From a virus (lineage: Duplodnaviria; Caudoviricetes): DNA of 64,000 nt. The stretch's first letter is position 1, and the number at the start of each line of letters is the position of its first letter. The notes below the pieces were generated by a model that saw nothing but the letters and a program-made list of their open reading frames with translations, was not told where the DNA came from and did not search any database. Location: positions 1 to 64,000 of the IMG/VR virus record IMGVR_UViG_3300030433_001901. One strand, 5' to 3'. Of this stretch, positions 18,308 to 32,000 are shown in pieces. A program made the position numbers and the translations under genes.

Positions 18308-20004
18308 CAAATCTTCCTCCTTATTTTCTTACCCTTGACTGTTCTCATTTCATGTCCGCGAGGGCGGAGCATACGAATCTCCGCGATAGGTGAGGCTATG
18401 GCGGCTCCGCTTACTAAAATTACCCCTGTGAAGGTGGTCGCTGTCCTACCGCTATATAACACAAAAGACTTGTTATCAAGTATCAAAAAACCGCTATCAG
18501 CGAATCCGGCTGTGGTAGCAACCGTGATAGCCCCCAGCGCATGTGTTCCGTTTATGCGCGGTGTAATACCAAACCCAAGAGCAGACCGACCTGCACCGTA
18601 TCCACTATTGCGATGTCCTAACAACATACCCGCGTGTATATCCGAACCTGCTCCATCGTCGCCTGTTCTTATTCTTGCTAACTTTGTAATAACTGGTCGG
18701 ACTCTCAATACACCTCTTACTCTAATTTTTGCGCTACCGATACCGCTTTTATTTATGCTTGAAATTTGCTGACTATTATCAAAAACAAATTCTTCATCGT
18801 CTAAATCGGCACTATCACCAAATGAATTAACAACTGCTTCAAGACCTGCTTCATAAGAAATCATTTGAAAATCCGATGTCCCGTCGGACTTATGTGCTAA
18901 CTCAATAATTGCTTGTTGAACATTACCTATTGCTGATTTGTAATTAACAATATCACCCGGTTCAAAATCCCAAGATTGAGCGTGTGCGTTTGATTGCAAA
19001 GCACCTTGAGCCTTTTTGTTTAATCTTAATAATTGACTTGCGCTTGTTCTTGCCTTTGATTCATTATTAACAGTCGGGTCTTTCATCTTCATTTCTTTGA
19101 TTGACCCTCTTTTCTTTTGTTCTTCGGCATCATCAACCACCACACTAATGTTATCGTTAACAGCAATTCCATTTCCTTTGACAACCATACGATTTGCTAC
19201 ATCAACAATTGGGTCAATTTTTGTTTTAGCGACACCTCGTTGTGTTCCTAACTCACGGTCTTTATTGTTAAAAATTTTAGGCGCGTATAAAAAGTTTCCA
19301 AACCTGTCATAATACATAATAAAATGGTCGTGTCGTCCTACAAATCTAACTGCTGTTGGTATAACAGTTGAGTTAAAGTTTTGCGCTACAAACAATGTGC
19401 TAACACCTTGCGCGCTTACGCTATTCAAACCATGTAATGCTTTATCAAATAGTTTCTCAACTAAATCGGTTGACCTCATTCCAACGCTAATTGTTTGTCC
19501 AGCGCGAACATGTGAAACACTATCCATGCTGTAATCAGCAAGACTTTTACCTTTCATATTGTTCAAATTAACTCTAACACCTTTTTGTGTATTACTTAAC
19601 GATTGAGTTCTTAATCGCAAAGATGTGTCATTATCAGCGATTAAAAGCATCGGTCTTGATGAAGATTCACTTAATTGCTCTCCGTTGAAAAAAGGAGCAT
19701 CTTCGTGGTCTTTGTGTGCTAACCGAATTGAAGATTGCTCTTCACTTAATCTATATCTGCGCTGGTGTGTTGGTTGAAAATCTCCTTGGTTTGGTTTGCT
19801 TACTTGTGTTTTTTTGCTTAATGAAACTTGAAAATTATCACCTATGGTTTTTTCAGTGGTTTCGTAAATCGCGTGGTGAATAGTGTTGTCAACAAAAGTT
19901 GGTTTTTCAGCAATCGCGCCCACTTCAAGATACACTTCTTTTGAACGACCATACCTCTTTTTTACATAAGATGCATTCACTGGTGAAGGGACGCTGTATG
20001 TCAT
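18307..20004 (-). CDS. Baseplate hub / tail-tip protein (putative)
   Basis: YYDRFGNFLY...VANRMVVKG...A..LL...FEPGDIVNY fits a hub/Tal-like pattern; lies downstream of the giant tail gene. Confidence 0.55.
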   Translation of the reverse strand: MTYSVPSPVNASYVKKRYGRSKEVYLEVGAIAEKPTFVDNTIHHAIYETTEKTIGDNFQVSLSKKTQVSKPNQGDFQPTHQRRYRLSEEQSSIRLAHKDHEDAPFFNGEQLSESSSRPMLLIADNDTSLRLRTQSLSNTQKGVRVNLNNMKGKSLADYSMDSVSHVRAGQTISVGMRSTDLVEKLFDKALHGLNSVSAQGVSTLFVAQNFNSTVIPTAVRFVGRHDHFIMYYDRFGNFLYAPKIFNNKDRELGTQRGVAKTKIDPIVDVANRMVVKGNGIAVNDNISVVVDDAEEQKKRGSIKEMKMKDPTVNNESKARTSASQLLRLNKKAQGALQSNAHAQSWDFEPGDIVNYKSAIGNVQQAIIELAHKSDGTSDFQMISYEAGLEAVVNSFGDSADLDDEEFVFDNSQQISSINKSGIGSAKIRVRGVLRVRPVITKLARIRTGDDGAGSDIHAGMLLGHRNSGYGAGRSALGFGITPRINGTHALGAITVATTAGFADSGFLILDNKSFVLYSGRTATTFTGVILVSGAAIASPIAEIRMLRPRGHEMRTVKGKKIRRKI

Positions 20005-23000
20005 GCTCCCACCCCATTATCATTTCTATTGCCTTCGTTGTGGTGATATGTTGTGTTAAGTTTATCTCCCGCGTATAATGATTGTGTATATCTTGGTTGC
20101 ACCGTGTAATCTTTGCGTATAAATGCATCTTTGTCTTCAACTACTGATTGAAGCCTTGATGCATCAGCGCGAAGATGTTGTAGTGTGTTGTTTGTCACAA
20201 CCATTCTTGCTACTGGTTGTGTTGATGATGTGGTAAATGATGGAGATTCACTACCGGGTATTCTTGGTCCGGTGCTTGAAGGCGCACTTGTTGAAGACCC
20301 CGCTCCCGATATTTTAAATAAATAGACAGGTGCATAAGGAGGGTTGTTTGGTGCTGGGTTTGTATTACGCATATAATTAGAAGCAACTTGAGTAGCACGC
20401 GCGTTAGGAGCATCATAGACAAACACACCATAACGACCTGCGGCTGTTGCTGAAAGCACATGTGTTCTATCACTACGGAATAGTTCAATGTGTTTATTAT
20501 CAAGCACACGGACAGGGCGAACAAGGAACTTGATTGTTTCATCATCAACATTAGTGCTATACGATTTTGAATCGTGGTTAGAAGTTTGATAAGGATTAGT
20601 TGTGACACCACTTGAAGCACCCCAACCAAAGTCGCTTATTGGCGCACCGTCCGATGAAAGTTCCATAATGTAAGTTCCACCAATCGGAGGAATACCATGT
20701 GTTGTTCCAAACTTCATAACTTGCTTACTTGAAGAAAAGTTTAGTGTATCTAATCTTAAATCGCTTAGTTCGCGATTTGCTGTTGATACTCCACCGGAGA
20801 ATATGAAACGCTGACCTGCTTGCCTATCCGTGTGCAAACTGGTTGCTTCTGTGCTTGTAATAACATATCGTGGTGATATTTCACCATCGTTTTCAACAAC
20901 GCTCATGCCGTCAATTCCAATACGAGGTTTTGATTTTGCAATTGGTTCTATCATAAAATCAAAATTCGCTTTCTCAATATTACTTCCAACATTTGCTTCA
21001 CGCTTAAGCAATCCATCATCACCTGCAATTTCTAATCTTGCGCTTATACCTCTTGGAATTTCAAACGACTGTAATGAATTATTAGCGGGACGCATAAATC
21101 CTGTTGTAAATGGAGGTTCACTTGTATGATGAGATAAAACTAACCCAAATGGTCGCATATCTTCGGATACATTTTGAAGTATATCTTCGTTAAAATATGT
21201 TGGGTATCGCACACCGCGTCCGTCGCCTCGGTCGCCAACACGCTTTGCTGTTGCAGGGTCAAAGAAGTTGACTTGACTTTCAGCCAGTTGCATACCCGTC
21301 GTTGAAGAATACATGCTTTCAGCAATCTTGGTTCTATCTGTTGCGCGGTATGCATCTTCGGGGTCCCACGATGGTCGGATACCAAATCCGCGCACAGGAA
21401 ATCGTCTTACCTCTTCGCCCGTCGTGTTGCCCCACCAATCAACCATGTAATGTGCTTGCGCAAGAGCAAGGTTAACACGCTGGTTAACAACATCTGTTCC
21501 GGCTTTATGTCCAGCAGGTATGTCTGCGTGGAACTTGCGTATTGCTGTTGTTGGGTTTCGTATGTTGCGGACAGCGCAACCAAACCCTTTGGTCATACGA
21601 CGACCATCGCTATATCTTACTTGTTGACCTCTTAAATCATTATTGATAAGCGCGGAAGCATTAGTTTGTCTTTCTATAATACCTGTATAACTCGGCTGGG
21701 TAGTCTTTGTTGGTGTAGTATTACCACTTCCCGATTGTGTATTTGTGCGCGTAATAACTTCTTGATTACCAATAAATGGTCCTTCGGCGTGGAAGTGATA
21801 ATACGCGTGAGGGTCGCGCAAACCTTGATTTGCTTTGATAGCCCACCTTGGTCGGTTGTAAGGTTGTCTTACTGATATACGGTATCCCCAACCTGCTTGT
21901 TTATTCATATTCTTGGTGAAGAAGTTATCGGTGATTGTTTCAACATTGCCGTTAGTCACAGTCAATCCTTTTGCGTCGGATACCTGCTTAATGTTGGGGT
22001 TATCCCATTTGTCGCGCCAACCCGGTGCGGCTGTTCCGTAAAGAGTAAGTGAACTCATTTGCGCACCAAAGCGATGACCACCCGGCCAAAACGCACCAAA
22101 ATTATATTTGCGCGATTTACCATCTGTCCCTGCTTGGTGTGCTAAAGCACTAATAGGGTATGTATCAGTAAGACCGCCTGTGTAATTACCTGCGCTTTTT
22201 GCTCGGAATTTAAATGGACCATCGCTCATAGCGTATGTAAATTCATGATAGTGAACCATCTCAAAATGTTCCGGTGCGTGGTTGTAGGCTTTCTTATCAA
22301 CAGCCGCGTCACCTTTGTTTGTTCGGCTGTCGGAGAACCAAGTCATCGGGCGACCGAGGTTGTAATGCCACATGCACAAGTATGCGTCGGGTAGGTGTAG
22401 GCTGTTTGTATCTCGCGTTCCCGATAACAACTGTGGTAAGTTGCGCGTAGCAATACTCGCTTTAGAATTGGTGTAAATTTCTTTTGAATCATCAAAACCG
22501 TATTTTCTTGTTAGTTTTACTTCCATACCCTGTGTTGCGTTTGTTGTAAAACTACCTCTATTGGTGTTTGCTATACCGTGAAATACAACAGCACCGTCTG
22601 TTGAACCAACTCCGCTAATATATCCTCTATTTGTAAAAAGCGCGTCATGTGGAAGACCGTCTGCGCCAGTAATAGTTAATACATGATTGAAATATCCAAT
22701 ACCCGCGATAGGGAATAAAGTGTTATTGCGAACATATAATTTATTTGCGGAAGTATCCATGTGTTCAATTATACCAACAGGGTTTGTTGATGTTAAATAA
22801 TCTGTATAGACATCAAGATATACAGAAGGATAACCAAGCATAGTTGTTTGACAACCAATACCACCAAGCGTTGAACGGCAAAAATGATAATAGTCGTCGG
22901 GATTATAATGTTCTATGGCTTTCCATGGCGCAGTAGCGTTAAAGATTGTTGAAGAAGCAAATGCTACGCTCCACCATGGTATAGTAACAGGAATACCGGG

Positions 23001-26000
23001 TGTTGAGCGGTGGAACATATTAGGGTGATACGGCAAACTTCGGCGCGTAAATGCTCCCGATGATGTAGCGTTGACACCAAATGGGTTGCTCAAACCAAGA
23101 ATAGGTATGTTAGTAAATTGTTCGCGCGTTGAAGGGTCAATGTCAAGCATTATCTCATTAAGGTATATTTCACAACCGCGCACATCAGCCATAGTTGCTT
23201 CGGATAATATTAAGTCGCGAGAGTTATCTGTTCCCTGTGTAGCAACAACCGTAGCAACAAGTTGGTCTGTTAGAACTGTGACAGTGGTATTTGTTCCACT
23301 TGGGTCTTCCGGTGCATCAGTTGAAGCAAATGTTGTATTTTCATTATTACCCATGAATTGCTTACTGAACAAGTTAGGTTGAATAACAATTTGATACGCG
23401 CCTACTTCTGCTGGGTCGGGGAAGTGAAACGATGTGTTGTAATTAGTTCCAACTTCAAGTCTTATTCTATGTCCACCAGCCGCGTTGCATGACGCGCTAT
23501 CGTCAGCAATACCGTATCCATCAAATCGTATCTTAGTTTCAGTCAATAGAGTAAATCCATCACCGTGTATATCGCTCGGTGGATTTGATGCAGTTGGGCT
23601 TGAAAACCACAGAACATTGTTTTGAATATCTTTTGTTGTATCATAGTCAACCGTTCCAAAACAAGCGCGATTTGATTTGTATATTTGTTGATATTGTGGG
23701 TGAGCAAAATGTCCGGGCATTACAGCCATAGTCGGCATAACATAATGATGTCCCATACGAGGTATCGGCATCGGTGTTAGTTTGTTAGCCGCGCGCACAG
23801 CAGTTGCAGGGCTTGTTCCAGCAGACACCCCAACCCAATCAGTGTGTGGTTTATCGGGGCTATTACCGCTTACTTCTGCATGGTCGCGCAATCTGCGTGC
23901 CGCAAATTGTCTTGTTGAACCAGCGGGAATATAGAACGACGGTTTGATACTATTGCCAGCAGAAGCGGTAAAGTCGGGTGGGAAAACAACGCCTGTGAAT
24001 CTATCATGAGTTCCTGTATTATCTATGTCAATATATGTAGCAACTGTGCCGTTGATTGAAAGGAAATAACGACCGTCGGGTGTAGCATCTTGCAACCAAA
24101 TGTTTGTGTTAATTGTTTCATTAACCTCTATGTAATTATCAGCGGGGTTGCCGCCGACAACATCAACACCTCTATCTCTAAAGGTTAATCGGTTAAGTGT
24201 CATTGTGTTGTTAACAATACGCAACGGCTCGCGCTCGGTGTAAGTATATCCCATTTTAGTTACATGGAAATACAATGCGCGGTCGTGGGGTTCATACGCT
24301 GTTTGAAGAATGTTGTCCGATTGTAAATTATTGTTGCTATCGGGGAAGTTGTTTGGATTTTGATTGATGTGTTCGTATCCATCTTGTTCCCAAAACGGTT
24401 CTGTGCGCGGTCGTGAACCAAGCGATTCAAACGATTCCATAACTACATTTGATGGTTGTAATGGTGGTTGCAGACCACCACTACCAAGCGTTTCGTGTTG
24501 ATATGCTTGTAATCTATCAAAACCTGCGCGAACAAGAATGTTGCCGGGTATTTCATCATGGTCGGGTAATTGTATTTTCATGTTAGGTGATACACCCGAA
24601 CCAGCAAGCGCAGGTGCAAGACCTTCGTTTTCTCGGTCTTGTATCAATTCGTAATCGCGTATAACAACACCAAGCGGTGAACCGCCGGGCAACTTGTGTT
24701 CTTGTCCTGTGTCGTCAACAACTGCTATTTCCTCAAATTGCATTTCTTCATTGGGTATTGTTAATGCATTTCTTACTTCGTAAGGGAATTGTTCAGCCAA
24801 TGCTGGGTGTGCTAACTCTTGGGCTTGTATAATTGGATACATAGCGGCGTTAGTTGTTTCAAACGAGAAGCGAACATTGCCGTATATTGTTTCTCCAAAC
24901 TTAATGTATTCGTTACCAACTTTGTGAACCTGCCATGGTATAGAACCAAGTCCACGCGCGTTTTGAGCGGGTAGTGTGACATTACCACCACCCATACGCT
25001 TCCATACGGCATGTTCAGTAAAGAAATTGCGAGCCGCGTTTCTTCCTTTAAAATAATTATAAATTTGTGAGCGATGTGTTAGGTAAGAATCGTATCCTAC
25101 ATTTTCAGTATGTGTCGCTTCATTATCAAATATTTTATCGGCTGGATAATTTGTGTTTCTATTTTTATTTTCAGTTATGTTGTAAAACAAATCTCCCGTT
25201 GGATATAGACAAGTTTCTGCTTGCGCTAATGATGTCGCCGGGGCCGCTCTCCACAATGACGAGGCTTCAATTTCGGCTGGTTCTGCTCCTACATCAACAG
25301 TCGTAGGTGTTGTCATAGCAGGGTCAGTCATAGCCTCAACATGCGGTCCAGCATTTGATTCAGCACTATATCGGTCATTGTTGAATCGCTCATTATGATA
25401 CGCAACAACTGTTCCACCTTGTGTGCTTGAAGACCATTTAAGTTGCAACATATCACCGCATGTTTGTTGACCGTTACGCGACGCTTTAGCAATAATAGGT
25501 AAATCTCCTTCGTATGATACAACAACAAAATGGCGTTGGTGAAGCCCAACTGCATCATGCGTATTTGTTTTAGGCTCCCAAACCCCTTCAATAGTTTCTT
25601 CAATTCCTTGTCCGGTAGCCTTTCTTAAAACCCATTCTATTGAATTTGATTGATGGCAAGAAGTAGCGGCACCGTATGGTGTAAAACCTAATGCTGGAAG
25701 CCACGGACCAAGACCAGCGGCTACCTTTGGTTGTCCATCTGTGATGGTAAGACTGTTAAAATATGAATAACGCTCTCCATGCCAACCAACAGCACCAACC
25801 GCGCGAGTTCTATCTATTGCATCAACAACTCCGCTGAAATGAACTTGAGTTGTCGCATAATGGTCAAACGGGCTGTTAGATGCTTCACCCGCGCTTGTAG
25901 CACTTGTTGAGCGTGTTCCGTCTGTTGCGTTTTGAAATCCATTATCCCATCTCAAATTACCAGCCTTTGACCAAACAAACACTTTCAATGCACCAGCAGA

Positions 26001-29000
26001 AACATCAACCGTGTTAACACCAGCACCCGTATTACCTGCAACAGTCGGGTCTTCTAATCTTCCAAAACCCCCTCTTTCGTTATTATGAAGTATGAATGTT
26101 CCATTTGTTCTATCGTAATGTGAATAATAACCGTAGTAAGTTTTAGTTCCATTAGATAAGCGAATCCAACCAAACTCCGGCAAATTCATTGGTAAAGCAC
26201 CACCAGCAACACTTACAAGTGCGTGCGGAATTGTTGTGTAAGTATTCATATTTCCAACATCAACCCAACTATATCTGTCTTGTCTTTGAGCATCTTGAAA
26301 TGATGGTAAGAAAGTTCCACCAAGAGCCTTAAGATTAGCGCGCCCCGGCCATGTGTTGATTGCTGATGCAATCACCGCACCTAACTCTTCGCTGTTTTGA
26401 CAACGCGTTGCATCAATTAAAAACACATCATCGGGAACAGCCGCGTCTATGTTATGGTCATAATCTGTTAGAACTTGTGAACCAACGCGAAACATTGTAG
26501 CATTCAAACCAATTCTCTCAATGTATTGAACAGCCGCGTTTGCTGAATTAACCAATGTTGCTGTCACAGGGTGTGGTGGATTTTTCCGCACGCTGTTATC
26601 AAACCATGACCCACCAGCAGTATAACCTCCATCAAGATGATATATTACACCACTAAGATGCCATGAACTATTTGTGAATCTTGTTGATGCTGTATAATGA
26701 GCAAAGGGGTGGCCGTATCCCGATGTAGCGGTAGTTGCTCCACCGCTTGCTCCTGTTGATGCAAAATAATGAGAATTTGAATATCTTGATTCTGTGGCTA
26801 CTGTGTCATTCCAATTAGTGTTTGGTGAACCATAGGAAGGCTCCCAATGCCGACATGCCCTATATGGTAGTATATTTTTCGCGCCATAAGCGTCTGTCAT
26901 TGGTAAGAATTGATTTGCTCCCCCATCTAATGTTGTATTACTCAACTCGTTTGGTAAAAAATACCCCGACTCAACACCAGCATTGAATGTTGTTCCAACC
27001 GCACCGTCAAGCGCGGTATATATTTTGTTAGCCACAGTCCACTTAGCCGAAGGTTCAACTGATGTTGTTAAAGTAGCACCTTCACCGCTCCAATGTTTAG
27101 GGACTGCTTGACCCGGACCAAATATCATGTAAGCCACACTGTTGTTGCTGTCTGTATATCGCGCGTATGGGTGAGCAAAACGGAGAACAATAGGTATCGG
27201 CTTTGCTATTTTTACATTAGTGTAAGTTGTATTAGGTATAGTGTGAGTATTTGTATTTCCATCAATATCGGGACTAAGAAGAGCGTCTTGATTAGCAAAT
27301 GGTGGGGTTGGTTCACCGCGATGTTGGTCGGATAAAACGGAAGCAGGGAACATACCAAACAATGCTGTGGTGTCAAGTAGCGCGTATGCACCCATTTTTT
27401 CGCCAATATCTTGTAATCCAGCACTACCCGTTGGCCCTTTTGCGTATGGGTGTTTGTTGTGAGTTGAGTAATCAACGCGAGAGCCGTCGTTGATGTCCAT
27501 AACAACGCCACTAAAACCTCCACCGAAGTAAAGCGGAACATGATTATCAATACTGTCTTGCGCACCGCGGAAATAAACTGTTGGCGTGCCGTGAATATTA
27601 CCACTTAATCTTAATCCTTGAATATCATTATCAAATTTGAAAGGTTGCAAAATTTCATCAGCAACTAAACTGTCTTTGAAATCACCTTTTGAATCAACAT
27701 GCTTCCAACCAATAAGATGTCGCGCTACATCTGTTGGAGCATCAATACAACTGAATGCCGCGCAATGTAAATAAGTATCTTTGGTTAAATCCATCTGTCT
27801 AAACGGCGACCAAGACCCATCTATTTTACCACCGAATTCAGTTGACGCATCTTGATTGAGATTTGTTCCACCGCTGATGTGTTGTAGTTGCCATGCGTAT
27901 TGACGACCAAGAACAGCAAAATGAGCAGGGTTGCGTAATTGAATTTGATAAGTAGTGTATTCAGTTCCGGCTGGTAAAGCCAAACCATTTGTTTGTGCAA
28001 GAAGTGTATATGTTGAAGATTCAAGCGATGGCGTAATATGGTCGCCTTTATATCTTGTAAATTTTTCACCGCGTAAGTTTTTTTGCCATTCATCTGTTGA
28101 AATTGCATTATTTGTTTGGTCAATGAATATCGGTGTAGCGGTGTTAGCATTACTACCTTTAAAACGCGTTTTGATTTGCATTAATGTATAAGGTAAATAA
28201 CCTTGGTCAAACATTGTTATACTTTTATTTTGTGTAGTCGTTGCACCGCCAAATTGACCTCCTGTTCCAAGAGATGGTGCAATAATAGCCGAAGATGTTG
28301 AACTTGCTTGAAGTCCTATATCGCGTGCTAAGGTTGTTGTGAACATATCTCTTAACGGTATAATTTGTTTGTTTTGATTAAACTTAGTAATTTTTACAGC
28401 GGTTTGTGCATTATTTCCAAGTATTTCACCGTATGTGCGACCGTCCGGTGCGCGCAAATCACTACAATCAAAGAATTGATTATCTTCGTTAGGGTCAACA
28501 TTAAACGCATAGTTAGTTGCCGCGGCAATTAATTCATCTGTAATAATAGTTGTTTGGTTAAGATGAGGACTTAGAATAACAGGAATGCGCGAATCGGATA
28601 CACTTGTTGGTCCACATCTGTTTTGGTCGGGGAACCAAGATGCCGCTATGGTATTCGCGTTGACCCCTTGTAATCCAAAAAATGAATGTGGACCAGCGCG
28701 ACCGTTATGTGTTCTGTGAGTATAAGAGAAAACAACTCCTGTGTGTTCATAAGCGTTGGGAGTTGAGTTTGGTATTGCTAACCATATCAAACCGCTATCG
28801 GGAAACCCTAAATGACCAAGCATATCTCTAACATTTACAGTTGGGTCGTCTTCGGGTAAATCATGCCATATACCGTTGTTGTGATACCCACTACCTGTCC
28901 CTGCTTTCAAAGTCAAAGTGTTAGCCGCTGTTGCAGGGTCAATTGACACAGCGTATCCAGCGTTAGGTGTGTGGACACCGCGCCATACATTTCCTCGCCA

Positions 29001-32000
29001 TGTGTGTTCTGTTGATGGTGTATAGAAGAAAGGTGTCCCTGTATCACCTACGCCCCACATATTAACTCCTATCGTGAATCCACCTTGTGCAATGTCGCGG
29101 TCGTCAAAATAAATTAGTGTTTCTTCATCAATAGTTGTAGGCATAACTGCATTTTTGTGTGAAAAAGATTCACCAGCGCGTCTGTAAATATATCTAAGTA
29201 TGTGAGATTTACCACGATGGTCCACTAACTTCATACCGTAAAGACGGGAAGAAGTGCCGATAGCATCACTAACTGTTTCTGTTGAAGGTGCATACGCTGA
29301 ATAATTGAGATAAAAACCACTATCGTTGGGGACATGATTACCATATATAGATGATACAAAACGAGAATTACCTTTACCGCCCTCTCCAAAACCCCATTTT
29401 CCAGCGTCGGGAGCAAAGCCGGGGATACCAGCCGCTACCATACCACCAAAATTAATTCTTCCATAAGCGCGAGTTCCGGTTTGTAACCCTTCGCGAATAG
29501 TAAATTTTTGACCGGAGTTTTCAAATGATTCCATTGCACCAGTATTTGATGAACGCCCACTTGTTGTTCCTGTGTTGGGTGTATCACCAGTGAAAGCGGA
29601 ATTAAAGTTATCATCAAAACCAAGATGTGAGTTGGTAAAAAATTCATCACTTGCTTCATCTAACGCTACATATTCTCTTAGTGTAGTGATAGGTGCAAAC
29701 GGTTTGCCGTTTTTATCAATAGGCATAGGAGCAGGGTGCATATTTTCACCAGCCATTTCGGGCGGTCGGCAGTAAAAATTACGGAAGCGACCACCATGAC
29801 CAATAAGGAATTGTGGTTTATACTCCGCTTGAGATTTACTATTGTCTAACCAAACGCAAAAGTTTCTTGATGTAGCACCCGGAACTGTGCTGTGGATTAC
29901 AATACTATATCCTTCATTACCATTAGCGTCTTCAACAACGCGACCTATGTGTGCGCGAAGGTATCCCATGTGAGAACCTCTATCAAAAGATGTAAATGCA
30001 GTATCTAACCAAAATGGCGCGGGGTCGTATGTTGAACCTGTGACAGCAAAATCAGCATGTTGATGCGCGGCTGTCGCATCTGTTGGCTCTTCTGTATCTG
30101 TTCCACCAACTGAAATAGAGCGACGGTTTATGTCAAATCTTTCTCCTTCACCCGGATATTGGTCGGAGGGTCGTCTTTGACTACTACGACCGTTTTCAGC
30201 ACCGCCTTGATTAATCATACGGACAACTTCTCGCGCCGCGGCTTCTATATCTGTCACACCTTCTTTTAGACCAATTTCGCCCATATCAATTGTAAGACGG
30301 CGAACAAAATCCATATTGACCCAATGCTCAAGATGTTTCAACCTGTCTTCGTAATGTTCTCTTGTATCGTTTTTTACAGCGCGCTTTCCTTTCAAACAAA
30401 GGAATGCTGATATAACACGCGTTCCTTCGGGTGTGTCAAAGAAAGTAGCATTAAACTGCGGTGCCGAGGTTGAACCTATTTGTATATCTTCGGATTCATC
30501 GTGAGGTATAGTTTCAGCATGTCTTAGTTTTGCTTTGTAAATATCAACTGTTGACTGTGATACCCTACCATGTCCATATTTTGCTGTTTCTTCTCCAAAT
30601 TCAATGTAATGGGGAGTATTTCTTTCGCTACGATTAAACTTAGTGGTAGCGGAACCGCTTGTTATCATCATGCTATTATCCATCAAATAATAACTACGGT
30701 GAGCGTATGCACCTTCAATAAAGTGAGATTTACCATCACCGTCTTCATAAGTGTAAGAGGTGGAATTGATTGTTTGTGTATGTGTTGTTGTTTTTAATCT
30801 TTTATCTTTTCTTTGCGTTCTAAACCCTGCCGCTACATCAAGTTGTCTTACAGTTGGTGTTGTTGCATTTGTTTGAACTTGCATGTGTAAATCATGGAAC
30901 GCGATAAATTCACGGTCATGTGCTACATCGTAAAGTAAAACACGCGCATGTGTTTCAGTGCTTAAATACGGGTCAAGATATGCAACAATTGGTGGTTTAT
31001 ATGTGGAAACATCATGACCTAATTCAGTCCAATTAAGTTCAATGGTTTTGTTCACATGTTGAACATAATTGCGAGCAGTTTCAAGACAAGTATCGCCAAT
31101 AAGGAAATTTTCAAGCGGAAGAGTATCGCGCGCTTCAACCCCCAATTCACCTTTACCGCCATTAAAACCACGCCATACTTCATACTCGTTATAGACACCG
31201 CGAGATTTAGCAAACAATCCCTCTATCGCATGAGGGTTAGTGTAATGCATATTCGCCCAAACAGTATCACCATAGCGAAGACCGCCGGGACAATAAGGGT
31301 TATTCCAAGTTTGATTTGCTATACCATCTTCAATTTTTAACGGTAGTGTTGTAACAGAAGTTGAATATATACCGAGTAATGTCAACACGGTGTCCGATGT
31401 GGTTGACAACGCGCCTATCGCTGGTGCTGTTGAATCTAAAATGGGGTGAGGGTCTATTATTATTAGATTAGGACCCGTTGTTGAATTATATGTTATTGCA
31501 TATTTACGACCCGTTGATTCATTTATTGCCGCGAATTTATAATTTGTCGGCAATTTACCTTTTGGTAAATTACCAACAAAAGCATATTTGTTGCTTGTTA
31601 TATTATTAGTTAATGTTAATCTTGCATTTTTAGATTGTATTCTTGCCGCGTGTGGGTTTGCTGTTGGTCCAGCCTTGAACTCAACCGCGCTAACATATTG
31701 TCGCAATCCATAGTCAAGATTACCACCTTGTGTCATTACACTTCCGCGGTCATAATAAAATGGACGACGATATTCTTGAGCAGAAGAAGGGTATGATTCA
31801 TTACCTTCAAGTGGATAAAATAGTTCATCGGGTAATTCACCAACTATAACTTGTGAACCAACACGAACAGTTGAAAAGAAATTTTCGCTTGAATAAGATG
31901 GTTTGTCGCTTAGAGTTATTGGAGTTGCAGAAGACACACCTCCACCATCGTAATAAGCCCATTCACCATTACCTAATACAATTCTTCTTGTTCTCCGCGC